Shown here: positions 10,114 to 19,252 of the stretch, in pieces
How the letters are laid out: each line of letters starts with the position of its first letter
Position numbering within the stretch: the stretch's first letter is position 1
Assembly (NCBI GenBank): GCA_016193065.1
Contig: JACPSX010000006.1
Coordinates: 1 to 37,740 of the forward strand
Length of the DNA: 37,740 nucleotides
Reading direction: 5' to 3'
Source: Candidatus Tectimicrobiota bacterium
GTDB taxonomy: Bacteria; JACPSX01
Made by a program: the position numbers and the translations under genes
The notes under the pieces: model-generated
The model's input: the letters and a program-made list of their open reading frames with translations, nothing else
The model's database searches: none
Told to the model about the DNA's origin: nothing

Positions 10114-10473
10114 GGAATCGCATTGACCGACTATAGCTCCACAGATGACAAATCGCTCGTGAGGTTCCAAAATGCGGACCCGGAGGAAGCCCTGAGTGTG
10201 TTAAATTCCCTGGGAGGAGGCACGAGTTAGCCACAGAGAATGCAAATGCATCATCCAAATAAGCAATTTGACTCATTTCATATCCACCCATAATTGTGCT
10301 ATCTAACGCAAAATTCGTAACAAAATGTACAAACAGAGAGTGACACTTTCGCAAGCCCCGGCCGGGTTCAAACTGAGTGCAGGTCTGTAAATTCTCAAGA
10401 ATGTGGCGCTAGCCGAATTAGGAAATAGTCTCAGGTGCTTTTTCCCCATGCTTAAGAAAAAGGAGGTAGCCTG

Positions 10474-11559
10474 ATGAAAACGATGTACGCCCTTGCCATA
10501 TTGGTGGCAGCAGCACTCTTGCTAGGAGCCGTGGCGTGGGGCTCAGCTGCAGCTTCCACTCCTACTTCACAAACCCTCACCGCAGCTAGGGAGTTCTTCC
10601 GAGGTAAGGATGTTACCATCGTGCTGACCACCAGCCCCGGTGGGTCATACGACTTCATCTCTCGCCTCATTGCCACCAAGCTCAAGGAGGTCCTAGACGC
10701 TCGGTCGGTGATCGTACAAAACCGGGGCGGCGGCCATGTGACCGCAACGAACTATGTCTACAACCGAGTTAAGCCGGATGGCCTGACCTTGCTGCATTTT
10801 GCTTTGGGTTCCAGGGGCTGGTCCCAACTCATGGCTACGCCCGGAGTTGAATATGACGTGCGTCAGTTTATACCCGTGGGTCAGTACCATCCACCTCAGG
10901 GAGCGGTATTAGAAACGAGGGGCCCCTTAAAGTTGAAGACCATCAGCGATTTGAAGAACTTGAAGCAGCTTCGAGTTGGCACCACAGCCCGGTATTCAGA
11001 CGTCCAATTGCTAACTACTCTTTTGTTTGAGAATTTTGGCATCTCCAACGCCAAATTTATCACTGGCTATAAGGGCTCCACAGAAACCCAATTGGCAGTG
11101 CAAAAAGGCGAGATTGAGGCTACAGCCGGCGTCACCACATCATCCGCTTTGCAGGACAAGAAAGCCATAGAGAGCGGGATCTACGGCCTATTCACTATTT
11201 ACAGCGACAAGCGGGTGGAAGCTTTCCCTGACGTGCCAGTGGCACTTGAGCTCGGTGAGTGGCGAGCGGATCTCAAACTCTGGCTGGAGCTTGCAATGGC
11301 CATATCCGACCTTTACAACACGTGGGTTCTGCCACCGGGCACCCCGCCGGACAGGGTGGCCTACCTCCGTCAGGTTTTCGAGGATATGTGGGCGGATCCC
11401 GAGACCAAAAAAGGGCTTAACAACTTGTTTGTTGGCTATGCCATGTTTCGACGTGGGAGCGACACTGAGCAAGTGGTAAAAAAGGCGTTTCACAAAGTGC
11501 TTTCAGAGGCAGATCGTATCTGGTTACGCCAGCTCATGGATAAGTGGTCCACTAAGTAA
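10474..11559 (+). CDS. tctC: Tripartite tricarboxylate transporter substrate-binding protein (Bug/TctC), copy 1
   Basis: FFRGKDV, SPGGSYD, KPDGLT, GYKGS, FPDVP, LPPGTP.DRV; signal peptide; RBS aggagg. Confidence 0.88.
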   Translation: MKTMYALAILVAAALLLGAVAWGSAAASTPTSQTLTAAREFFRGKDVTIVLTTSPGGSYDFISRLIATKLKEVLDARSVIVQNRGGGHVTATNYVYNRVKPDGLTLLHFALGSRGWSQLMATPGVEYDVRQFIPVGQYHPPQGAVLETRGPLKLKTISDLKNLKQLRVGTTARYSDVQLLTTLLFENFGISNAKFITGYKGSTETQLAVQKGEIEATAGVTTSSALQDKKAIESGIYGLFTIYSDKRVEAFPDVPVALELGEWRADLKLWLELAMAISDLYNTWVLPPGTPPDRVAYLRQVFEDMWADPETKKGLNNLFVGYAMFRRGSDTEQVVKKAFHKVLSEADRIWLRQLMDKWSTK

Positions 11560-11828
11560 AGCCCGGGGGTAGAGGTTGAAAACGGCACTCTACCGCCTGC
11601 CCACTGCCGAACCTATTCTGAATGAGCCTGGACGTAATCAGTGAACCGAGCAAGGACAGATCCAAGCCTTTTGGACTACTGCTCAAGAGATCGAGGCCCG
11701 CGAAGCCCTGAGCGACGGAACCTAACAATCGTACGGCTAGCGTGCTCGATTGCCCTGATCGCAGTCAGGGGAATCATTGCGTCTGCCGCAGCAGCATAGG
11801 CAATACTCTGCCGTAGGAGGTGGCCGGG

Positions 11829-13214
11829 TTGATTGAAGCATTCCTCAACGGGATGGTAAATCCTTTTGATCCCACAATCCTTCCTTACTTCCTCATGGGC
11901 ATTGCGCTCAGTTTGACCCTGGGGTTTCTCCCGGGAATAGCTGTCTTCCATATACTGGCTGTGCTCCTCCCCGTCGCCGTTATCCTGAAGCCCATGCAAG
12001 GTTTGACCTTCCTGGTGGCGTCTACCTCCGTGGGCGCCACGGGCGGTTCTATTGCAAGCGTCCTATTCAACATTCCAGGGGATTCATCCAATGCAGCCAC
12101 GCTTCTTGACGGCTACCCGATGACCTTAAAGGGCCAAGCCGGGAGGGCCATGGGGATTGCGCTGGCCGCCTCGGGGCTGGGCGGCAAGATTTCCCGGGGG
12201 AATGCCCTGAGAGGACTCATTCCGGGGCTGTTGGGTATCCTGCTCGCCATGATCGGCCTCGATGGGTTCTCAGGGGACTACCGCTTCACCTTCGGCACGA
12301 GCTATTTGATGGATGGGCTGCCGCTGGTCCCGGTGTTCCTGGGCATCTTTGCTTTGCCCCAAGTGATCGATCTTGCGGCCGGCGCATCCGGCGCTGCGCT
12401 GTCCAAAGTCATCCCGAATGTGACTTTCCGCGAGGTGTTCGCGGGGACCAAAGAGACCTTCCGCCACTGGTGGCTCTTCATCCGCAGCCTGCTTCTCGGG
12501 GTATGGTTCGGGGTATTGCCGGGGATTGGGGCCGGGGGAGCGATCTGGGTCGCCTACGCGCATGCCAAGCAAACCTCCAAGCGGCCGGAGGAGTTCGGCA
12601 CCGGACGTCCCGAAGGGATTCTCGCACCTGAGACTGTGAACAACGCCTGCACCGGTGGTGATCTCCTCACTACGCTGGTTTTCGGTATCCCCGGCAGTGC
12701 AACCATGGCCTTCCTCCTGGGCGCGTTCTTATTGGCTGGGATACAGCCTGGCCCCGGGATGATATACGAACACCTGGAGTTGTCCTTCACTCTTCTATGG
12801 ACTGTGGCCTGGGCTAACGTCATTGGAGTCATTGTCTGCCTAATCCTTACCACCCGGATCGTCAGGTTGGCGTACCTTTCGCCCAAAGTGCTGGCACCGA
12901 TCATTCTTGCACTGGTCTTGATCGCCACCTTTGTCGGTTCCGATGAAGATCTAACGGCGTACATCATCCTTTTCGCTATTGCTCCTCTCGGCTATGCGAT
13001 GATGAAGCTGGATTACAACCGGGCATCCTTCGTCTTGGGATTTGTCCTTGGCGAGCTTGCGGAGAGGAGCTTCCAGCTAGCCCTGCAAACCCGGGGACCT
13101 CTGTTCCCGGTCAACTCTCCGATCAGTGCCATCCTCACGTTGATCCTCCTCACTGTGATCTTCCAGCGTCAATTGGGGCGCCTATTCCGTGCTTTACGCA
13201 GGAGGATCGCGTGA
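11829..13214 (+). CDS. tctA: Tripartite tricarboxylate transporter permease TctA, apparent in-frame internal deletion near 12185
   Basis: GGSIASVLFNIPG, AATLLDGYPM, FGTGRPEGILAPETVNNA, LVFGIPGS. TTG 11829 fits RBS aggagg better than GTG 11820. Confidence 0.88.
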   Translation: MIEAFLNGMVNPFDPTILPYFLMGIALSLTLGFLPGIAVFHILAVLLPVAVILKPMQGLTFLVASTSVGATGGSIASVLFNIPGDSSNAATLLDGYPMTLKGQAGRAMGIALAASGLGGKISRGNALRGLIPGLLGILLAMIGLDGFSGDYRFTFGTSYLMDGLPLVPVFLGIFALPQVIDLAAGASGAALSKVIPNVTFREVFAGTKETFRHWWLFIRSLLLGVWFGVLPGIGAGGAIWVAYAHAKQTSKRPEEFGTGRPEGILAPETVNNACTGGDLLTTLVFGIPGSATMAFLLGAFLLAGIQPGPGMIYEHLELSFTLLWTVAWANVIGVIVCLILTTRIVRLAYLSPKVLAPIILALVLIATFVGSDEDLTAYIILFAIAPLGYAMMKLDYNRASFVLGFVLGELAERSFQLALQTRGPLFPVNSPISAILTLILLTVIFQRQLGRLFRALRRRIA

Positions 13215-13660
13215 AGGCGGAGATCCTCTTTCTTTGCGTTCTCGCTGCTCTGGGCTCCGTGGCCGTGTTCGCTGCCTCCTCCTTCAGCCCGGCCGGTCGG
13301 CGATTCCCATGGCTGGTTACCTTCATCCTTCTGGGGCTCGTGCTCTTACAGGCCATTCGCACGGCGCGCAGGGCCACCCCACAGGAGCCTCGCTTGTCTC
13401 GGGAAAGTCTGCGAGAGTTCCTCCGCAGCCATGGGGCCATCTTCTCGTGGTCCGCTGCCGGCTTCTTTCTCGTCTACCTGTTCGGATTTATCGTCGGAGT
13501 CTTCCTTCTCATCCTGGGTTATCAGGTGCAACAGAGGCAGAAATGGCCGGCCGCGCTGGCCTATGCAGCAGGGATGGGGTTGGCGACCTACTTTGGGTTC
13601 CAGGTAGGACTGCAGATGCACCTTTACCAAGGCCTGGTCACGAAACTTTTGGGCTTCTGA
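13211..13660 (+). CDS. tctB: TctB small membrane subunit
   Basis: 149 aa, about 4-5 hydrophobic segments, RRFP motif, GTGA overlap with the tctA stop. Confidence 0.75.
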   Translation: MKAEILFLCVLAALGSVAVFAASSFSPAGRRFPWLVTFILLGLVLLQAIRTARRATPQEPRLSRESLREFLRSHGAIFSWSAAGFFLVYLFGFIVGVFLLILGYQVQQRQKWPAALAYAAGMGLATYFGFQVGLQMHLYQGLVTKLLGF

Positions 13661-13846
13661 CCTCATCCTTGCTTGACCTGTTTGCCTCCTCCACTATGAA
13701 AGTGGGTGTGGCTGTGTGTGAGCGAATGAGATAGCACCTTCTATGAGGTGAAATGCGGGCATTTTCTTTGTGAGTGTCTAATTCCCTCGGGAAGAGGGAA
13801 GAGTTGGCGATGGATAAGGCAAATGGATCTCGAAGGAGGTAGCCTC

Positions 13847-14935
13847 ATGAAAGCGATTCATGCATCTGCCGTATTGCTGGCGGTGGCACTGCTGCTCGGA
13901 GCCGCGTGGGGTCCTGTTGCGGCTTCCACTCCCACCTCACCCCCTCCCTCCGCCGCTAAGGAGTTCTTCCGCGGCAAGGATATCACCCTCGTGCCGATGA
14001 CAAGCACAGGGACGTACGACTTCATTGCCCGCCTCATTGCCCCCAAGCTCAAGCAGGTCCTGGACGCCCGGGCGGTCATCGTGCAGTACCGGGGTGGTGG
14101 CTTCGAGGCTGTGGCCAACTACATCTATAATCGAGTTAAGCCGGACGGCTTAACCATGCTGCATTTTGCTTTGGGTTCCAGGGGCTGGTCCCAACTTATG
14201 GCCGCACCTGGAGTCGAATTTGACGTTCGTCAGTTCGTGCCCGTGGCTCAGTTCATGCCGCCCCCGGGAGCGGTACTGATGGCGAACGGCAACTTGGGTG
14301 TGAAGACTGTCAGCAATCTGAAGAACTTGAAGCAGTTTCGAGTCGGGACGACATCGCGGTATTCAGACGTCCAGTTGCTAAGCACCCTTCTATTCGAGAA
14401 TTTCGGTATCTCCAACGCCAAATGGGTTACAGGTTATACTGGGGCTATAGAAACCCTGTTGGCCGTGCAAAAGGGGGAGATTGAGGCAACCGCCGGCGTG
14501 ACCACCTCGGTCGCCCTGCAGAGAAAAAAGGATATAGATACCGGAATCTACACACTATTCACCATCTACAGCGAGAAGCGGGTGGGAGCTTTCCCTGACG
14601 CACCAACGGCATTTGAGCTGGGCGAGTGGCGAGCGGATCTCAAACCCTGGCTGGAAACTGCGATGGCCATGTCCCAGCTTTACAACACCTGGGTCTTGCC
14701 ACCGGGCACGCCGGCGGACAGGGTGGCCTACCTTCGTCAGGTTTTCGAGGAGGATTTGTGGACGGATGCCGAGATCAAGAAAGGGCTCATGACCCTCTTC
14801 CAGGATTACGCTCAGTTCCGTCCAGGGAGCGAGATCGAGCAGATCATCAAGAAGGCATTCCCGCAAACACGAACATTTCCAGAAGCAGATCGCTCCTGGA
14901 TGCGCCAGCTCATAGACAAGTGGTCCACTAGGTAA
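13847..14935 (+). CDS. tctC: TctC/Bug substrate-binding protein, copy 2
   Basis: Paralogue of copy 1; ATG 13847 after aaggaggtagcctc. Confidence 0.88.
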   Translation: MKAIHASAVLLAVALLLGAAWGPVAASTPTSPPPSAAKEFFRGKDITLVPMTSTGTYDFIARLIAPKLKQVLDARAVIVQYRGGGFEAVANYIYNRVKPDGLTMLHFALGSRGWSQLMAAPGVEFDVRQFVPVAQFMPPPGAVLMANGNLGVKTVSNLKNLKQFRVGTTSRYSDVQLLSTLLFENFGISNAKWVTGYTGAIETLLAVQKGEIEATAGVTTSVALQRKKDIDTGIYTLFTIYSEKRVGAFPDAPTAFELGEWRADLKPWLETAMAMSQLYNTWVLPPGTPADRVAYLRQVFEEDLWTDAEIKKGLMTLFQDYAQFRPGSEIEQIIKKAFPQTRTFPEADRSWMRQLIDKWSTR

Positions 14936-15140
14936 GAATGGGCTGGAGCGAAATGAGGGGCTATTCTGCCGTCAGCCCAGTGCTGAAGCTGTCGCTAACA
15001 AGACCATGTGTACCTGAACCAGGCAAGACTAGATCGAAGTTCCTGGATCGCTACTCGGAAAACCGCGTCTTAATGTGGCGGTATTCGAATTTAGGAAACG
15101 GTCCCAGATTCCCGGTTAAAGAAAGAATGGAGGTAGCCTC

Positions 15141-16232
15141 ATGAAAGCGATTCACGCATCTGCCGTATTGCTGGCGGTGACATTACTGCTCGGAGCCGTG
15201 GCGTGGGGCCCAGCGGCGGCTTCCACTCCCACCTCACAACCCTCCACCGCAGCTAAGGAGTTCTTCCGAGGCAAGGACGTTACCCTCGTTCTGATGACCT
15301 CCCCCGGTGGGGCGTATGACCTGATTGCCCGCCTCATTGCCCCCAAGCTCAAGCAGATCTTGGAGGCTCGGGCGGTGATCGTGCAACTCCGGGGTGGCGG
15401 ATTCGTGGCCGTAACCAACTATGTCTACAACCGAGTCAAGCCGGACGGCTTGACCTTGCTGCACTTCGCCCTGGGTTCCAGGGGTTGGTCCCAACTCATG
15501 GTTACGCCCGGCGTTGAATTTGACGTGCGTCAGTTCGTGCCCGTGGCCCAGTTCATGCCACCCCCGGGGGCGGTACTGCTAACGAGGGGCGCCCTGGGGG
15601 TGAAGACCGTCAGCGATCTGAAGAACTTGAAGCAGTTTCGAGTCGGGACGACAGCGCGGTATTCAGACGTCCAGTTGTTAAGTACTCTTTTGTTTGAGAA
15701 TTTCGGTATTTCCAACGCCAAATTTGTTACTGGCTATACTGGCTCCACAGACACCATGTTGGCAGTGGAACGGGGTGAGATTGAGGCCACGGCCGGTGTG
15801 ACCACATCATCAGCCTTGATGGAAGCGAGGAAAGGCATAGAAAGTGGGGTTTATGGCCTATTCACCATCTACAGCGAGAAGCGGGTGGAAGCTTTCCCTG
15901 ACGTGCCAGTGGCACTTCAGCTCGGTGAGTGGCGAGCGGATCTCAAACCCTGGTTGGAGATTGCAACGGCCATATCCGACCTTTACAACACGTGGGTTCT
16001 GCCACCGGGCACCCCAGCGGACAGGGTAGCCTACCTTCGTCAGGTTTTCGAGGATTTGTGGGCAGATGCCGAGATCAAAAAAGGGCTTAACAACTTGCTC
16101 CAGGGCTATGCCATGTTTCGAGGTGGGAGCCAGATTGAGCAAGTGGTAAAAAAGGCTTTTCCGAAAGAAGTGCTTTCAGAGGCAGATCGTACCTGGTTAC
16201 GCCAGCTCATGGATAAGTGGTCCGCTAAGTAG
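15141..16232 (+). CDS. tctC: TctC/Bug substrate-binding protein, copy 3
   Basis: Paralogue of copies 1 and 2; same ggaggtagcctcATG start context as copy 2. Confidence 0.88.
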   Translation: MKAIHASAVLLAVTLLLGAVAWGPAAASTPTSQPSTAAKEFFRGKDVTLVLMTSPGGAYDLIARLIAPKLKQILEARAVIVQLRGGGFVAVTNYVYNRVKPDGLTLLHFALGSRGWSQLMVTPGVEFDVRQFVPVAQFMPPPGAVLLTRGALGVKTVSDLKNLKQFRVGTTARYSDVQLLSTLLFENFGISNAKFVTGYTGSTDTMLAVERGEIEATAGVTTSSALMEARKGIESGVYGLFTIYSEKRVEAFPDVPVALQLGEWRADLKPWLEIATAISDLYNTWVLPPGTPADRVAYLRQVFEDLWADAEIKKGLNNLLQGYAMFRGGSQIEQVVKKAFPKEVLSEADRTWLRQLMDKWSAK

Positions 16233-16257
16233 AGCTGGAAGGGAGAGGACGATTAAG

Positions 16258-17700
16258 ATGTTCAAAGATTTGAGAGATTTCATGGAACGCACCGATAAGG
16301 CTGGTCACTTGCGTCGGGTTAACGATGCAGACTGGAATTTAGAAGTAGGTGCGCTGCAGGAGATTGCGGCCTTTCATAAAGATCGACCCGCTTTGCTTTT
16401 CGATCGCATCAAAGAGTACGCGCCCGGCTACCGGATCTTCGCGAATGCTACGACCCATTCCCAACGTTTGGCGTGGACCCTTGGCTTGCCGGACCACTTC
16501 CGGGGGGTTGACCTTGTCCGAGCGCTGCGAGAAAAGATGAGGAATTTACGCTTAATTCCACCAAAAGAAGTGACAGACACTCCGCTCTTCGAAAACGTTC
16601 ATACGGGAGCCGATATTGACTTGTACGAATTCCCTGCTCCACGTTGGAAGGAATACGATGGCGGCCGCTACCTGGGCACAGGCTGTCAGGTGGTAAGTAG
16701 GGCACCTGATGAGGAATGGGTGAATCTCGGAACTTATAGGGTGCAGGTGCATGGTCCTACCCTCGCTGGTCTTTACATGTCGCCGGGGCGGCATGCGTAC
16801 GCTATGTTTGAGCCGTATTGGACCCGCGGCGAAGCTGCGCCGGTAGCAGTGGTGGTTGGGGCTGACCCGACGCTTCTCATGGTGTCCGGTCAGCTTCTGC
16901 CTTGGCGGGTTTCGGAGTATGACTTTGCCGGCGGGTTGAGGGGAGCCCCCGTAGAGGTGGTGCGGGGTCCCATAACGGGACTGCCACTGCCGGCTACGGC
17001 AGAGATCGTCCTGGAGGGTGAAGTCCCGCAACCGAGCGAGCAAACTCACCCGGAGGGACCGTTTGGCGAGTGGACCGGGTATTACGCCAGCGGTCAGCGC
17101 GAAGCGCCGGTGATCCGCGTGAAAGCGATCTATCACCGTAGCGATCCGATCATCCTGGGCGCAGCTCCCATACGTCCTCCTGCCAGTTCGACTGGAAGCG
17201 GTCTTTTCAAAGCAGGACAGATTTGGGACGAGCTCGAAAGGGCTGGTGTCACCGATGTACAAGGCGTCTACATGTTGGCGGCCGGGGGACCCTTCCTGAT
17301 TTGTGTCATCTCCATGACACCTCGCTATGGAGGCCATGCTCGACAGGCAGCGATGCTGGCCAGCAGCATGCGTGCCGGAGCGTACATGTGCCGCCTGGTG
17401 ATTGTTGTGGATGAAGACATCGATCCCTCAGACCCCAACGATGTCTTCTGGGCTGTCGCCACCCGGTGTGATCCGCAAGAGGATATCGACATTGTTCGCG
17501 ATACATGGGGGAGCTGGTTAGATCCTCGCCTTTCGCCCGAAAAGCGGTCCAGGGCAGATTTGACCATGAGCAGGGCTTTGATCGACGCCACACGGCCGTA
17601 TTATTGGCGTGACCGGTTTCCTAAAGTGAGCGAGACAAGCCCTGAGCTACGACATCAGGTCATGGCTAAGTGGGCTGACCTTTTTGGTTATAATCTGTGA
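16258..17700 (+). CDS. UbiD-family decarboxylase with canonical motifs
   Basis: NLGTYRVQV, PGRH, AEIVLEGE, EGPFGEWTGYY, VVDEDIDP, WAVATR, SRALIDAT. Confidence 0.92.
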   Translation: MFKDLRDFMERTDKAGHLRRVNDADWNLEVGALQEIAAFHKDRPALLFDRIKEYAPGYRIFANATTHSQRLAWTLGLPDHFRGVDLVRALREKMRNLRLIPPKEVTDTPLFENVHTGADIDLYEFPAPRWKEYDGGRYLGTGCQVVSRAPDEEWVNLGTYRVQVHGPTLAGLYMSPGRHAYAMFEPYWTRGEAAPVAVVVGADPTLLMVSGQLLPWRVSEYDFAGGLRGAPVEVVRGPITGLPLPATAEIVLEGEVPQPSEQTHPEGPFGEWTGYYASGQREAPVIRVKAIYHRSDPIILGAAPIRPPASSTGSGLFKAGQIWDELERAGVTDVQGVYMLAAGGPFLICVISMTPRYGGHARQAAMLASSMRAGAYMCRLVIVVDEDIDPSDPNDVFWAVATRCDPQEDIDIVRDTWGSWLDPRLSPEKRSRADLTMSRALIDATRPYYWRDRFPKVSETSPELRHQVMAKWADLFGYNL

Positions 17701-17764
17701 AGATGCGCGGAAGGAAAGTACGAAATTAACAAACTGGTGCCATAGGGAGAATGCTTCCAGAACG

Positions 17765-19204
17765 TCAAGGAAGCCCAGCCATCCTGCGGGCAAAGGCTCT
17801 GTACGTCTCCAAATCGAAGTCCCGGAGGAGCGTGATCTTCTGGGCCTCCATAGATCCTTCCGCGTGGATGGCCAGGACCTCGTTATACCCGCCGAAGTTG
17901 GAGGCAGTTAGATCCCGGATCAGATTCATCAGCCGCAAGCGGTGTTCGGCGGCTACCTCGGCCTTGCCACCCAGATAGCGGTGGATAAAAGATGAGGTCT
18001 CCGGGTTCTGGAGGTCTTCCTCGCCAGGGCCGGTCACCAGGAGACCACCAGCGATGTCCTGAACATCCCGCACCGCCTCGTGGTAGTTTCGGGCGAAAAA
18101 GTATTTGGCAGTGTTGGTCAGAACCGGGTCTGGCACGGCGATTCCTTCCACCAGCTTGTAGTTTAAGGCCGCCGCCTGGGTCAAACCCTTCACAGTGGCG
18201 ACGTACATGCAAAGGCGTGCCAGCTTGTCCTGCACATGGGAGGCCCGTGCGATGCCGTTGTATTCGGCCATCAATGCGGCCGATCCCACCAGGAGATCCA
18301 AAAGAGGGCCTTTGTAAGAGATGGCGGTAAAGCGGTGGAACTCCACAAAGGTCGAGGCGAGAGGCCCCGCAAACGTCCATTCCCCCTTTAAAAACACCCG
18401 ATCCCAGGGGACCAAGACGTCGTCGAAGATAGTTAAGGATTCAATCATCTTGTGGCGGGCGCTCACCGGGTGGTGGAAGGTGCCTGCTCCCTCAAAGCCC
18501 GAGGGGCTGGCGATCAGCTTCAACCCCGGGTGGTTTATGGGCAGGGCGAAGGCCACCGCGTAGTCCCGGTCCTGTTCACCCAGGGCTCGGGTCGGGAGCA
18601 CGATCAGCTCGTTGGACAGGACGGAGTTGGTGGTGTGGGCCTTAGCCCCTCGGACGACAATCCCCTCTGGCGTCTCCCTCACCACCCGGACATAGTAGTC
18701 AGGGTGCGCCTGCTGGGAAGGGCGCAGGCTTCGATTCCCTTTCACGTCAGTCTGGGCTACCGCCAGGGCTAAATCTTCGCGTTTACATTTCTCGTAGTAA
18801 CGCTTCACCTTATCGAGGTAGCGGGTCCCATGAGCACGGTCCACTGCTTGGGCCACGATGTGGAGGGCAAACAGCGCATCGCTGCCGATATCCTTGATCA
18901 GGAGGACTACGCTCCCCCCCTCGCGCGTTGTGGTCTCGATGAGGGTCCCTCGTTTATGGAGATCCTCGGACGACCGAGGGATGTGAAAATAGCGACTGAT
19001 GGGCTCTCTCGTTTCCGGATCGTCCACTACAAGAAGGTCCCGGAAGGGCTCCTCCTCGGCCAGCCGGTACTCCAGGGCCGTATGCTCGGCCGCCACCCTC
19101 AGGAGCGGATGGCAGGTCACATCGGATATGCGTTCGCCCCGGTAAAACACCGCTCGGCCGTCCCGAAGGCTCTCCAAATATTGAGAGGCGGTGCGAAGAC
19201 CCAT
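17765..19204 (-). CDS. 4-hydroxyphenylacetate 3-hydroxylase / 4-hydroxybutyryl-CoA dehydratase family flavoprotein
   Basis: LRTASQYLESLRDGR, AQTDVKGNRSLRPSQQ.HPD.Y, GIVVRGAKAH, FDDVLVPWDRVF, QDIAGG, IHAEGS. Confidence 0.88.
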   Translation of the reverse strand: MGLRTASQYLESLRDGRAVFYRGERISDVTCHPLLRVAAEHTALEYRLAEEEPFRDLLVVDDPETREPISRYFHIPRSSEDLHKRGTLIETTTREGGSVVLLIKDIGSDALFALHIVAQAVDRAHGTRYLDKVKRYYEKCKREDLALAVAQTDVKGNRSLRPSQQAHPDYYVRVVRETPEGIVVRGAKAHTTNSVLSNELIVLPTRALGEQDRDYAVAFALPINHPGLKLIASPSGFEGAGTFHHPVSARHKMIESLTIFDDVLVPWDRVFLKGEWTFAGPLASTFVEFHRFTAISYKGPLLDLLVGSAALMAEYNGIARASHVQDKLARLCMYVATVKGLTQAAALNYKLVEGIAVPDPVLTNTAKYFFARNYHEAVRDVQDIAGGLLVTGPGEEDLQNPETSSFIHRYLGGKAEVAAEHRLRLMNLIRDLTASNFGGYNEVLAIHAEGSMEAQKITLLRDFDLETYRAFARRMAGLP

Positions 19205-19252
19205 AGTCACCTCGCCGGAAGTTAAAATGCGATTTCTCTTTACCTCATGCTT

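Noticed and set aside
10403..10420. sigma54 promoter upstream of tctC copies 1 and 3
   Set aside because: TGGC is present but the -12 TTGC element is missing at the required spacing
10474..16232. Diversity-generating retroelement explanation for the tctC variants
   Set aside because: No reverse transcriptase in the window; whole genes are duplicated and the differences do not look adenine-specific
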